A stretch of DNA of 63,934 nucleotides, filler included, from Licmophora abbreviata (taxonomy: Eukaryota), in assembly GCA_900291995.1 (NCBI GenBank). It is 13 parts of 13 records of this genome, joined end to end, with 100 filler letters (N's around TTAATTAATTAA, not from the genome) between each part and the next. Parts side by side here need not be neighbours in the genome. Positions count along the whole stretch, not along the records: positions 1 to 11,441 come from OLMU01001739.1; positions 11,542 to 29,345 come from OLMU01001743.1; 11 more parts are not named here. The stretch is one strand, 5' to 3'. Below, one piece after another: positions 11,372 to 21,900 of this stretch. The notes beneath the pieces are model-generated. The model was not told the origin of the DNA, searched no databases, and saw nothing but the letters and a program-made list of their open reading frames with translations. The position numbers and the translations under genes were made by a program. The first letter of the stretch is position 1, and every line of letters starts with the position of its first letter.

Positions 11372-14346
11372 ATGAGTGCTGGAGATGAGGCGATTCCGTT
11401 GGAGGAGGCACTCCAGCTGTCCATGCTGGGATCGCCGCTGANNNNNNNNNNNNNNNNNNNNNNNNNNNNNNNNNNNNNNNNNNNNTTAATTAATTAANNN
11501 NNNNNNNNNNNNNNNNNNNNNNNNNNNNNNNNNNNNNNNNNACGGCTAGTTCAAAGACTGCTGGCGCTGTATCTACGACGCTAGGGAGCTCGACGCTTGC
11601 TGTGCAGTCTTCTCCATCACTTCGCTTGCCTCGGCCGACATCGATTGGTGCATCATGTCATTTACCCCCTAAATCGATGTGGTCGTCGGAGCCGTCATCC
11701 TCATTTGAGTCCCAGCTCCGTGCTGCGATGTCTGGTTTCCAGCAATCGAAGGGGAGACTCGTCGACGCGCGCGCTCAAATGAATGTGGATCCTGAGTATG
11801 AGAAAGATATCGAAAGACTTGTGAATGAACGAGAGCATTTGACCTATTTATGTGCCGCTTCCGATGACACTGTGTCGAAACAGAAGGAGCGATCGCTTTT
11901 CTTGCTCAGTAGAGGAACAGACATCGAACGACAAGTGAAGGAAGCAAAAAGACTACTTGATGAGCAGAAGAAGACTCAGGTTGAGAGGGAAAAGATGCTA
12001 CGCTTGCAACCGCTTGACGCCGAATCCGAGCGTCTTCGAAGAAGCCTGGCAGTAAATGCCATTCTGGCAACAAGATGTTTAGAGAATGCAGAAGCTCGAG
12101 TCGATTTGAGTAGGGCTCTGATAGACAGAGAAGTCGACGAAAGCGACAAGAGATTCATCCTGTTTGAGGCTGTGAAAAGTGACTTTGATCAAGTCCATGT
12201 GTTTGCGACAGACTGCGCTCGAAAGATGAAACAGGTTTCGCACATGTCGGAGGCCACGCCTTCCAGAAAGCCAGTTTCGCCAGTACGCACAAAGCATCGC
12301 TCAGTCCCGAAGTTGGAAAGCGGTAGAAGATTGTCGCCACTCCCTATCGGAGCGAGCGCTCGTCCTCCGTCACGTGTTGCTTGCTCATCGTTTAGAAAGT
12401 GGCAGACACTCGAGCGATCGCTGAGTGACTACGACGTCGAGGCCTCCAGAGTGAAGAAGCTCACGAGACTGTCGCACATTGGGTCTAGCTCAGCAGGCGA
12501 TGCGGTGCGCAGTACGGGCAAACTCTGTCAGAAAAGTGGAGGCTCTCTACTTCTTTCCCGAGACGAAGCAAAGTCAATCATGCCTGTCCCTCCTCGGGCT
12601 AGTCGATTGGATTTCTCTTCGCCCGTTGGGAGTGTCAGATCTGGATGGGACAAGACTTTCCATGTTGACCAAGAAAGCATGCGTGCGGCTTCTCGTCAGT
12701 TTCCACAGACGGTCAAGGAAGTCACTGCATCCTCTGCCGCACGTGAAGCACTCTCATCGTTTGGTACTACTCCCGAATCTATCGAAAAAACACTAGAAAC
12801 AAAGAAGAAGAGCGAGGCTTCGCTGGAGACAATGAAAACCACGAAACCACGCCTCCCGGCTCCGGGGTTCCCTCCAATGTCATCAAAGGCCCCAACCTCA
12901 TTCTCAAAGGGGTCAAAGATAGCGTCATCCAGTATGCATCCAAAGGGTGCACCATCTATCTCTCAGATTGGCAAGCAGGCCCAAAAGCCTAATTCTCTGC
13001 TGGCTGATGGCGACAAAGCGACCGAAAAGTCTGTAGCAGCCGCGTCCTCTGGTGCAGCTTCAATACAAAGCAGTATGGTCTCCTCTTCGTCGTTCAGGGA
13101 CGTGAGGAGTTTGGGCGACTCGCTTTTCTCGGACGCTGCAATCGATTCTCAGTCGAAAAGCACAATCAAGTCAATGTGGACGAGTGGTTCCCCGAGAAAG
13201 CAGGATAACTATCCCTCTTCTGCGACAAGCTCCTCCCTTGACTACAGCAGCACTCTGACGGCATTCTACCAGAAGCACAACCCCTCCAAGATCTCTGAGG
13301 TCGACCGGCATCTGCAAAAGTACAAGGTGATTGTTTTGTGTCGTCATATTTTTTTGTTTCAATACAAGTGAAAACTAATTCTGTACGCCTCGTGCCTACA
13401 CGGTCTCACTTTTCAGGGCCGCGAGCCAGAGATGTTTGCGAAACTTGCACGAAAATACAAAGTCTCGAACCCACTGGAATCTGCAACACAGAAGCCTGTC
13501 CCATCACAACCCTTGGTTGCGAATGCCTCGCCTCTTCAACAGCCGAGCACTCCAGGCCCCTCGCTCGATCTTTCGACGCCCTTTGGGAGATCGACAGGAC
13601 AAGGTCAGTCGCCGTCTACCTTCGGGAGCTTTTCAAAACCGCCTCCATCACCGTCGCCATTTGGAGCTCCTGCGAATAGTGGCGTTACTGGCCAATCGCC
13701 TTTCGATCATCCATCCGCAGCATCAAATCTTCCAGGGGCTGGACAGACAACTGGTTCGTTCGGCCGGTCGCAGCCAGCTCAAGGTCCGTTCGGCAGCACC
13801 CCCACATCAGCGCAGACAGCAAGATTGATCGGTGGACGAAACCCTCGAGATGTCCTTGTTGAGTTCTATTCCAAAAACAATCCCACGAAAGTATCAGAAG
13901 TGGACAAGCTTCTCGGCAAGTATCAGGGCAAGGAAGAACAGTTGTTCTTGAATCTCGCTAAGAAGTACAACTTGAATCCATCCGTTTTCGGAATCAATGA
14001 GCCGCCCCCAGCTGCGTCTGCGCAGCCGACTGCCCAGCCTGGTTTTGGAAGTCCAAGCGTCCTTGGTGGTGGTCCAAGCCCTTTCGCTACGGGCGCTGCT
14101 GGCGGTGCCTTCGGGCAGCCTTCGACGCTTGGCGCAGCAATCGCTTCGCCAGCCCCTAGCGGCTTTGGTGCCTTTGGTGCGTCGTCTGCAGGTGGCGGAC
14201 AAGCTAGTTTCGGTACCCTGGCGCAGTCAGGAGTGGCGTCATCATCTCCGTTTGGGGCATCTACAGGCTTTGCAGCTCCTGCTACTTTTGGGGCACCTGC
14301 CGCCCCAGCTTTTGGCGGATCGCCTTTCGGCGCTCCGCGACGCTAG
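11372..14346 (+). CDS. FG-repeat nucleoporin, Nup214/Nup159-like. Probable start at 11372 before the gap; continues 11542-13326 and 13417-14346
   Basis: Open frame from the gap edge, a coiled-coil region, many FG/PFG/xFG repeats ending ..FGAPRR*, and a phase-0 intron at 13327-13416. Linking the pre-gap ATG to this gene is inference. Confidence 0.7.
11442..11541. other. Artificial 100-nt assembly linker. Identical linkers at 29346-29445, 32134-32233, 33960-34059, 41108-41207, 46602-46701, 48210-48309, 49618-49717, 50834-50933, 54158-54257, 58715-58814 and 62751-62850
   Basis: N-run + TTAATTAATTAA (stops in all six frames) + N-run, always 100 nt regardless of how much coding sequence is missing. 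Confidence 0.97.
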
Positions 14347-14477
14347 CCACACAGATTGAAGTTGGATACTAGTAGCTATCCGCATAGCAATGGTGACACG
14401 GATGCAAGCAAGCGGTACCAGTCGCCAAGGTAAACTTCTAGTACACAAACAACAAATCTTTAATGTGTCAGTCTAGT

Positions 14478-15386
14478 CTATGTTTGAAAGGTCTTTGCAA
14501 AATCGGATGTCGCAATGCCACGATCGTATTGAGAATAGGACGATATCAAGCGCTCCTTGCAGACCATGGTCTCGGCCACGCTTGGACGTGCCGATGTGGC
14601 CTCCCACCACTTTTGCAAGCGTCGAAATTCCTTATCGTCCGGAAATTGCAGTCCCAGATAGTGTCCACCCACCCAAATCATGCGTTGCCAAAAGGGTGCC
14701 AGCGCCACGTCCACCATGCTGAATCGACTCCCCAGAAAGTAAGGTCCGTCGTCGCGCATTGCGTTTGCGAGCGCTCGGCATTCTATAAAGTACTGATCCA
14801 GAGCCTGGTGCTTCTCTTCTTCTGTCTGCGACATGAGAGCTGCGTAGTAAGCTTTTTGTATACGATCTGTACAATGGGCAGACCAAATCTGCACCATGGC
14901 TCGTGCATGCGGTTCGTCCGGCACCAACGAGCCTGTCCCAAAGACAGAGTCCACATACTCCACTACGGGCAGGGACTCCCATACCACCGCATGCCCATCA
15001 AAGCGAACGGCCGGAACCAGCCCACGCGGAGACGCTGCTACGAATCCAGGATACAACCTTGATTTCTCCTCGAGCGACAAAGCCTGCTTGGTGTAGCCGC
15101 CGGGTTCCTCCGGATCCACCGAGTATGGGTTGATTTCTTGGTAGAGATAGTTCGTACCCGTTTCTTCCAATGCGATCCAGGCTCGCTGTGCAAAGGGACA
15201 AAACCATGAAGAGTATAAGGTAACCAGAACGGGACTTGGAGCTGCCATGCGGCGCTGTATGGTGGCCTCGCCTGCGGCAGGTACCCACGAAGGGTCCCAA
15301 AGAGCGTCTCCTGGAAAGTAGGCGGCCATATCATTAGATGATGGCGTTTCGTCTGATGACGCGGATGGAGGGGAGCTCATCGCCAT
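14478..15386 (-). CDS. Glutathione S-transferase, omega/lambda-like (catalytic Cys)
   Basis: LYSSWFCPFAQRAWIAL, GLVPA, WESLPVVEYVD and GPYFLG..FSMVDVALAPF. Confidence 0.9.
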   Translation of the reverse strand: MAMSSPPSASSDETPSSNDMAAYFPGDALWDPSWVPAAGEATIQRRMAAPSPVLVTLYSSWFCPFAQRAWIALEETGTNYLYQEINPYSVDPEEPGGYTKQALSLEEKSRLYPGFVAASPRGLVPAVRFDGHAVVWESLPVVEYVDSVFGTGSLVPDEPHARAMVQIWSAHCTDRIQKAYYAALMSQTEEEKHQALDQYFIECRALANAMRDDGPYFLGSRFSMVDVALAPFWQRMIWVGGHYLGLQFPDDKEFRRLQKWWEATSARPSVAETMVCKERLISSYSQYDRGIATSDFAKTFQT

Positions 15387-15625
15387 GACACTGCTTGGAG
15401 GAGGATGCCAATGCTGGTACTGCAGTGCTAAATGTAGGGCGACAGGTGTTTTAAGACTATATTTAATCTTTTCGCAATCAACTGCAATGTGTGGGTGTGT
15501 GTGGGTGTGTGTGTGTTGAGGCGCGCTCGCCGTTTGCGCGTGTTGAGTGTCTCTCATCGTCCCTCCTCACGTCTGTCGGCGTCACATCATAGTCATGGGC
15601 AGTGTGTGCCCTCTCGTACTCCCTC

Positions 15626-16977
15626 ATGCTCCTTCGACGCCATTTAGGAGGACGTCTCGCTGCCTACTACGCTCAGCCATCAAACCGTGTCGTTGGATCG
15701 CTCCATTTTGAGAATAATAATCTATTAGCCGATGGAATTTCCTTTTCGTCCCTCTGGGGCGAAGCTCATTGGCGGCGTGTCTACGGACGCCTGTACGAAG
15801 AGCAACAAGGTCAATGGCTGACTCCTGTGGAACTCTTTCGACCGTACTACTCGCAGGTGTTGGCGAATTTCGTGTCTTGTCAGAATAGTGATGATGATAC
15901 AGAGTCGTCCCATCCTCGCTATGCGGTCGTGGAACTTGGAGGTGGTCGAGGGACCAATGCGCAGCTATTGCTCTCGTACTTGCAAGAGACGAGGCCGGAT
16001 TGTTACAATCGATTGGAGTCCTATACGATCATTGATTCGTCACCCTCCTTGCTGGAACTGCAACACGAACTGCTCCTGAAGAATGGACCGCACGCGGACA
16101 AGATGCGCTTGGAACGCAAAGATCTCTTGGATGTGGCAGAAGAAAGGTGAGTCAGTCACGATGATGGTGGTGGACGCACGGATGTATTCTGCATCCCTAG
16201 TAAGCTTGGCTGGACTGAACGTTCTGTGCATCGTGTGGGTCTTACAGAGAACCGCTCTTGGAATCGTCGAATATCCCGACTGTGGTGATTGCATTGGAAG
16301 TCTTGGACAATCTGCCTCATGACAAGGTACGAAAGGACCCACGTACCAGACTGCTGCAGCAAGCTGAGCTCGTCGATACCAAGACTTCTGGCGGAGACTT
16401 CAACAATCGGGAGGAAGAGGTCTTTGTACCATTGTCCGATTCGCTCTTGACGAGAATTCTAAAGCGTGTACCTGCCTACTGTGGAAGTATGGGCCGACCG
16501 TTCTGGGTCCCGTCCGTGGCATGCGGTGTAGTAGAGCAGTTGAATAAGGTCCGACCGAACGCTCGGTTGCTTCTTGCTGACTTTGATTATCTGCCACCCC
16601 CTGATTTGATACGACACGACGATTCTTCTGTGGGTTCCTCGTCTCTTAAAAAGGGGACATCGGAAGCGGGCGACGGCGAACCGCTCGTCACGTCCATGGA
16701 CGGCGTCGATCATGAATGCTATCTCAACGCACCGAATGACTATTGCGACATTTTGTTTCCCACGGACTTTGACAAGTTGGCCAAGTTTGTGGAGAAAACT
16801 TGGAAGAAACCGAATGGGACGACCGTGTCGACCAGCAAGCAGTCCGCATTTCTGCAGCAGCAAGGTCCGGCGCAAGTGCGGGCGACGCAAAGTTGGCTGA
16901 CAGGATATACGCCGCTGGTCCATGATTTTGCAAACTGCACTGTCCTAACAGTGACCAAAGGAGGTGAAATAATATGA
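15626..16977 (+). CDS. SAM-dependent methyltransferase, NDUFAF7/MidA family; exons 15626-16146 and 16248-16977
   Basis: WLTPVELF, VVELGGGRGTNA, IALEVLDNLPHD and DILFPTDF. GT..AG intron at 16147-16247. Confidence 0.85.
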
Positions 16978-17044
16978 GCAACGCTAGCTTGATAACTTTA
17001 TTGGGTGAAGTCGTGACGATATGCTTCAGAGGACAGTAGTCATT

Positions 17045-18662
17045 TCACTTCTTCCCGCCCTTCTTCTTAGGCTTCCGTTTCGTTCGTTGAACTTCAAACT
17101 CTTCCTCGCTTTCATCCTCGTCGAGCTCAATGACTTCTACCTCGCTGTCGTCTGAATCTTCATGGACGTCGTCGTCACCGCTATCGCTTTCTTCACTCTG
17201 AGTGTAGTTCACCTTGGCCCGTGATGCCGTACTGCGCCTCGCTCGTTTCACACTGTTCTTAGCCGGCTCGATCACTGGAACCTCATCGCTGTCCGCGTCA
17301 CTATTGTCGAAACCCTTTTCTGTTGCCTTGTCTTCTTCGCTTTCTCCACTCTGCGTGTAATCCACCTTTGTCCGTGATGCCGTACTGGGGCGAGGTCGCT
17401 TCACACTTTTCTTAGCAGGTTCGATGACTGCAACCTCATCGAGAGAATCTTCCCCTTGTTCGCTTGTGTCCTCGTCGTCGTCCGAAGCCTCTTCGCTTTC
17501 TTCACTTTGAGTGTAATCTACCTTGACTCGAGAGGCCGTACTACGTCGTGGTCGCTTCTTCCTTTCGACTTCGACGTCGCTTCCGACAAATGCAATATCA
17601 TCGTCGTCGCCTGCTTTGGAAGTGTTGACAACCTCCTCGACGTCGTCGTCAAGTTCCATCGTGTCATCCTCCACATGATCGTCGATTGTAACGATGGGTT
17701 TCCCTGTGGTCGCAGCAACTCTTTTCGCTTTGGCAACCGATTTTCTGACCTTTGTTGACTTGGAAACTCCACCGTCCAGCGTGCGTTCCGATCCTCCATA
17801 GTGGTGGAACGGAGATTCTTCCATAATACCAAGCAGAGAGTCGTCATCGTCGCTGTCTTGAACTAACTCCATTGTTTCTTTGCTGTTAGTAGCTTCCATT
17901 GTAGGATCGGCAAAGACAATCACAGAGGAAAAGACGTCCTGGAAAAACGGAATGTGCCACACGAGTAAGTGACTTGTAGGATAGTTGGGCAAGAGCCTTT
18001 CGACGAAACTTGACTCGACTCACCTTGCACGCAACCGACTCTTTGCTACTCTTGCAGGTTAACATCATGAACTTCGTCTGCGATTCCACCTTTTTGCCTT
18101 GCATGACGAGACACTTGCCGTTCGGGTAGGGAATCTTCAAAACAGGCGCATCCGACGCAATCTGTTCGATACGTCCCAGCAGGGGAGGTGCACTGCTCGT
18201 CTTGCCAACATTCGTCTTGGTCGATGTCTCGGTATCTTGGGTCATTGATGCTGCTGTTTCTATATCTTGACTCAGTGTCGCTGTGGTTTCTTGACTCTGT
18301 GACAACCCAGTGTCACCTGATTTTGTCGTCTTGGTGCTTGCCGGCTTGAGTGACAGTAGTCCTGGCAGAACAATCAAGAACCGACCCCGGCCTTTGGTTA
18401 GATTCGGACGCGCATTGGCACCCCGCGCAAGCTGAATGTCGCTGCCGCTGCAAGCTTGCATGCATGGTCCAGGAGTCAAGGACGGCATAGTCGGCGCGAC
18501 GGTGGTGGGCTGGGCCTCGTCCTCACTGTCGTCGTCGAATTCAAAAGAATCTTTTTCCACTAGCTCGCTACTACTCTGTGTCAACATAGACAGAGATGCA
18601 TCCTTTGTGGAACAGAGGGGCCACCCCTCGGGAACCGTCAAGGTAGACTCCTTCGATGCCAT
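17045..18662 (-). CDS. RHL1: RHL1-like topoisomerase VI accessory DNA-binding protein; exons 18662-18024 and 17938-17045
   Basis: GSDI..RFLIVLPGLL..LGRIEQIASDAPVLKIPYPNG..KFMML..VACKDVFSSVIVF parallels the plant RHL1 core as I recall it (GTDI..RFLFSFPGLL..IGDLDRLSTKNPVLYLNFPQG..RYLTL..VLCDDYFDNMIVF). Acidic/basic tail. Confidence 0.75.
17185..17560 (-). repeat. Three imperfect ~150-bp coding repeats (KR.R.STASR.KV[DN]YTQS.ESE)
   Basis: Visible at both DNA and protein level, with units near 17185-17290, 17336-17440 and 17490-17560. Confidence 0.85.
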
Positions 18663-18952
18663 GGTCGTCGTGCCGGTGAGAGAGGCCCCGAGATATCGCA
18701 GGGAATTTGGATCTGTTCGATGCCATCGTAAAAACGAGAAATTCTGACATTCCAAACTCCAGATTGAAATTTGAAAAAGTATCTTTCTACGCAAGTTTTG
18801 TACTACGAATACGTCTACAGTCATCGCCTAAATTTGACACACCGATTTTTTTCTGTTGAGACGACGCGACGCATCTCATCACATGCAGTGTTTGATGATT
18901 CTCACATCTTTCCAAGCAATCTCTACGAACCCTCGATACTCTTCTTCTAAGC

Positions 18953-21900
18953 ATGTCACATTATGGCCGTGGCCCTCCCGGCTGGGGTGGCGGCGGCGGC
19001 CATCATCACGGCGGTGGTGGCCGAGGTTATGGCCCTCCGGGTGGATTCCCAGATCCGAAGCGACCGCGATACGATGATCACTATCGTGGAGTTCGCGGCG
19101 GTGGGCGAGGAGGCGGTCGTGGAGGTGGAGGCGGCCGGAGTCGCGGTGGTCCTAGGAGAGAGACTGATCAGCCCATCCAAGTCAAGACGAATGTGTTCGC
19201 GGTGCGCGCGACGAAGCCGGAAGGCCATGAGGGCACCTGGGTCGAGTACCGCGTCGACATTATCCCCGCGAAGCGCTTGAAAGGGGAAGGAATTCCATTT
19301 GTTCCTACCTCTGATATCCCCGTCTTACCGAAAACGGATAAGGATGTGAATCTCGTCGCATTCATGAAGCGCAAGGAAAATCCGGACGATGCAAACGAGC
19401 CAAAGTGCCTTGATTTGGTGAAGGGCTCGACGGGGCGATCGCGTCATATTCTAAAGAAACTTCAAGACGAAGTGTGGCGACAGTCTGAGGGGAAACTATG
19501 CTTTGTGGTAGGTACTAAGTCTTTGTAATTGGATCGGTGCGTGCGTGTGTGTTTGGTGACGACATCGCTTACTTACGTACCCCTTATTGTTGCTTTGCTC
19601 ATTACAAGACGGATGGAGAAAGCATGGCCTACTCGCCAGACGAGTACAAGATCTTCGACGAGCTCGATCCGGTCACAAAGGTTCTCAATACTACAATTGC
19701 CAGTCAGTCTACAAAAGGGGGGGCTGGCACCGGACACGGCATATATGGACCGGCTGATGCGCCGCCCACTAGTGCACCACCAGCTGAGGTTGCACAGAAA
19801 GCGCCGGCTCCCGCAAACACGGAGCAGGCGCCCCCCGCCTCCAGGTCTCGGACTCGAACATTTCAGATTTGTGTCAAAAGGGCATGTGGTGAGCGTGACG
19901 AGCAAGAAAACCAGTAAGTGACTTGAAGAGCGAACTGTCTTGTCAGAAGGAACCGGCGTTCTCATCTTGCTTTTCGCCTTCGAAAATCTAGGGGGAAGAA
20001 TGCCTTCTTCTTCGTAAGGCTCACCCAAACTCGAACGATTGGGTACAAGGTATTGAATGAGAAATTACTCCCCCTCAAGCTCGAGCTTCAGAACGCGATC
20101 GACATTTCAAAATGCTTAAACACGCTACTGAACAGCAAGCTTCTATCGAAGTTGGTTGCCTTCGGAAGGTCGCCGCGGACGTTTCTCTTCCATGAAGACA
20201 TGTACGACAACGAGCGCTATATGGACGTCCTCTCTCGACAGATGGTTCAAAAATTCTTCACAGGAGATAATGTAAGTTCCAAGGCTTTTTGCAGTCGGCC
20301 CCTTGCACTGTGTTCCGGATGGCTCACTCCTCATGGCTTGTTACATCTCACGCGGTCGGAACCCTAGCAAAGGGATCGTCACATCCCAATGCTTGGACTG
20401 CGAGAAATGCTGGAGATGTGTTCGGATAACTTTGCCATTGTGAAGAAGTTCGTCGGAACTACATTCTGTCACAGAGGTAGAGAATGGAATCGTGATCGCA
20501 AGCACGATCAACGAGAGTACCTGCCCATCGTCGTACCTGCAGGTGGCAGAGTAGACATAGCTGGAACTATGGTCCCTGTCAACCAGGGCGCAAAAGGAAA
20601 TCCGACACTTCAGAAAGAAATTGAAGACAAACTTATGAAGATGGGTGAATTACGTGTGAAGTACACTATCGAAAAGTTTCCTGAGGAATGGAGTACTCGT
20701 GAGTTCAAGTGCTTTCATTGAATGTCTCGCCCAGAGTTAAAGCACTGACACGAGACTCTCTATCTTTCTATCTTTTTCAGGCTTTGCAGAAAAGCACGGT
20801 CGACCCATGACATCGGAAGAAATCAAGAAAAGGAGCCGCAAAGTGTTTCGTGTCCGAATAAGCCGAGCTGATCCCAGAGAAGGTAGGAAAGTCTTCTATT
20901 GGGATCCCATGGAGCACCAGTTCGACCACAACGGGGAGAGCACTACAGTACAACAATACTTTCAGGTCAAGTACGGGACCCGATTCAGATTCCCCGCCCT
21001 CCCTTTGGTGTACTGCGAGGATGCGAATGATCGGAAGAAGAGTCTTGGCTACTTTCCGATCGAGTTCCTTTTCCAGGTGTTTTGTCCTGTCAAAGGCGCA
21101 AACACGGAAGAACATGTGCAGGCGGCTCTCGACTTCCATGACCAATTCTCATCAACCAAAAAGATTCAGCACATCCAAGACATGTTCAAGCATTTTGAGA
21201 AAGTCCAAAGTCAATCGGGGATCCCCTTTCAACGCGTACTTAATATGTTCGGTTTTCAAGTTGGCGACGAGCCCGAGCTTGTACCTGCGGTTGTGCTACC
21301 TGAACCTGTTGTAAGGTTTAAAGGCGACGCAACGGGCGAATGGGGAGCTTTCAATTTGAATCGGAAAAAGTTTGAAAGGTTCGTCGGGAGAGATAAATGA
21401 AGTTTTTGGCGTGATGATTCATTATTCGCCTCTATCGTACCAACACTTCTTTTGCATTGTTCGGACAGAGCTGCCGACCTACAATCCTTTGCTGTTCTTG
21501 ATTGCACAAATCAACGCCCGCCGGAGGCACACGACTTCTTGAAGGATCTGTTCAGCGTGTTCCCATCTCATGGCCTTGAGAAACCTGCATTTGACTGGTT
21601 GAATAATCTGAACAGAATTAAAAGCCATATCAACGAACAGCTGAGTCCTGAGAGTGTACGTGTGTGTGCGTGTGTGTCGACCAACCAATTTAGATTGAAA
21701 GGCTCGATCTCTGACAGCTTGTATCCCCCGTTTATTTTCTTTCCCACCGAAGATGGAGCAGAAATTTCGGGAGGTCGTGGCGAAAGCGCGGGACTTCTTT
21801 CTTCGGGACACGAGTCGCTGGTATAGCAACCAAAAAGCTTGGTTTCGGACTTGTGTGCTTGACGAAGCACATGGCATTGTATCTGAGGTTCTTGTTGTCC

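Noticed and set aside
11486..11497. TTAATTAATTAA recurring 12 times as a biological repeat or transposon target
   Set aside because: It is always centred in a fixed 100-nt N block and interrupts genes mid-frame; it is a six-frame-stop assembly linker.
15488..15516. GT-rich microsatellite translated as HTHTH in the GST ORF extension
   Set aside because: A simple repeat in the promoter or UTR; the GST more plausibly starts at 15386 or later.
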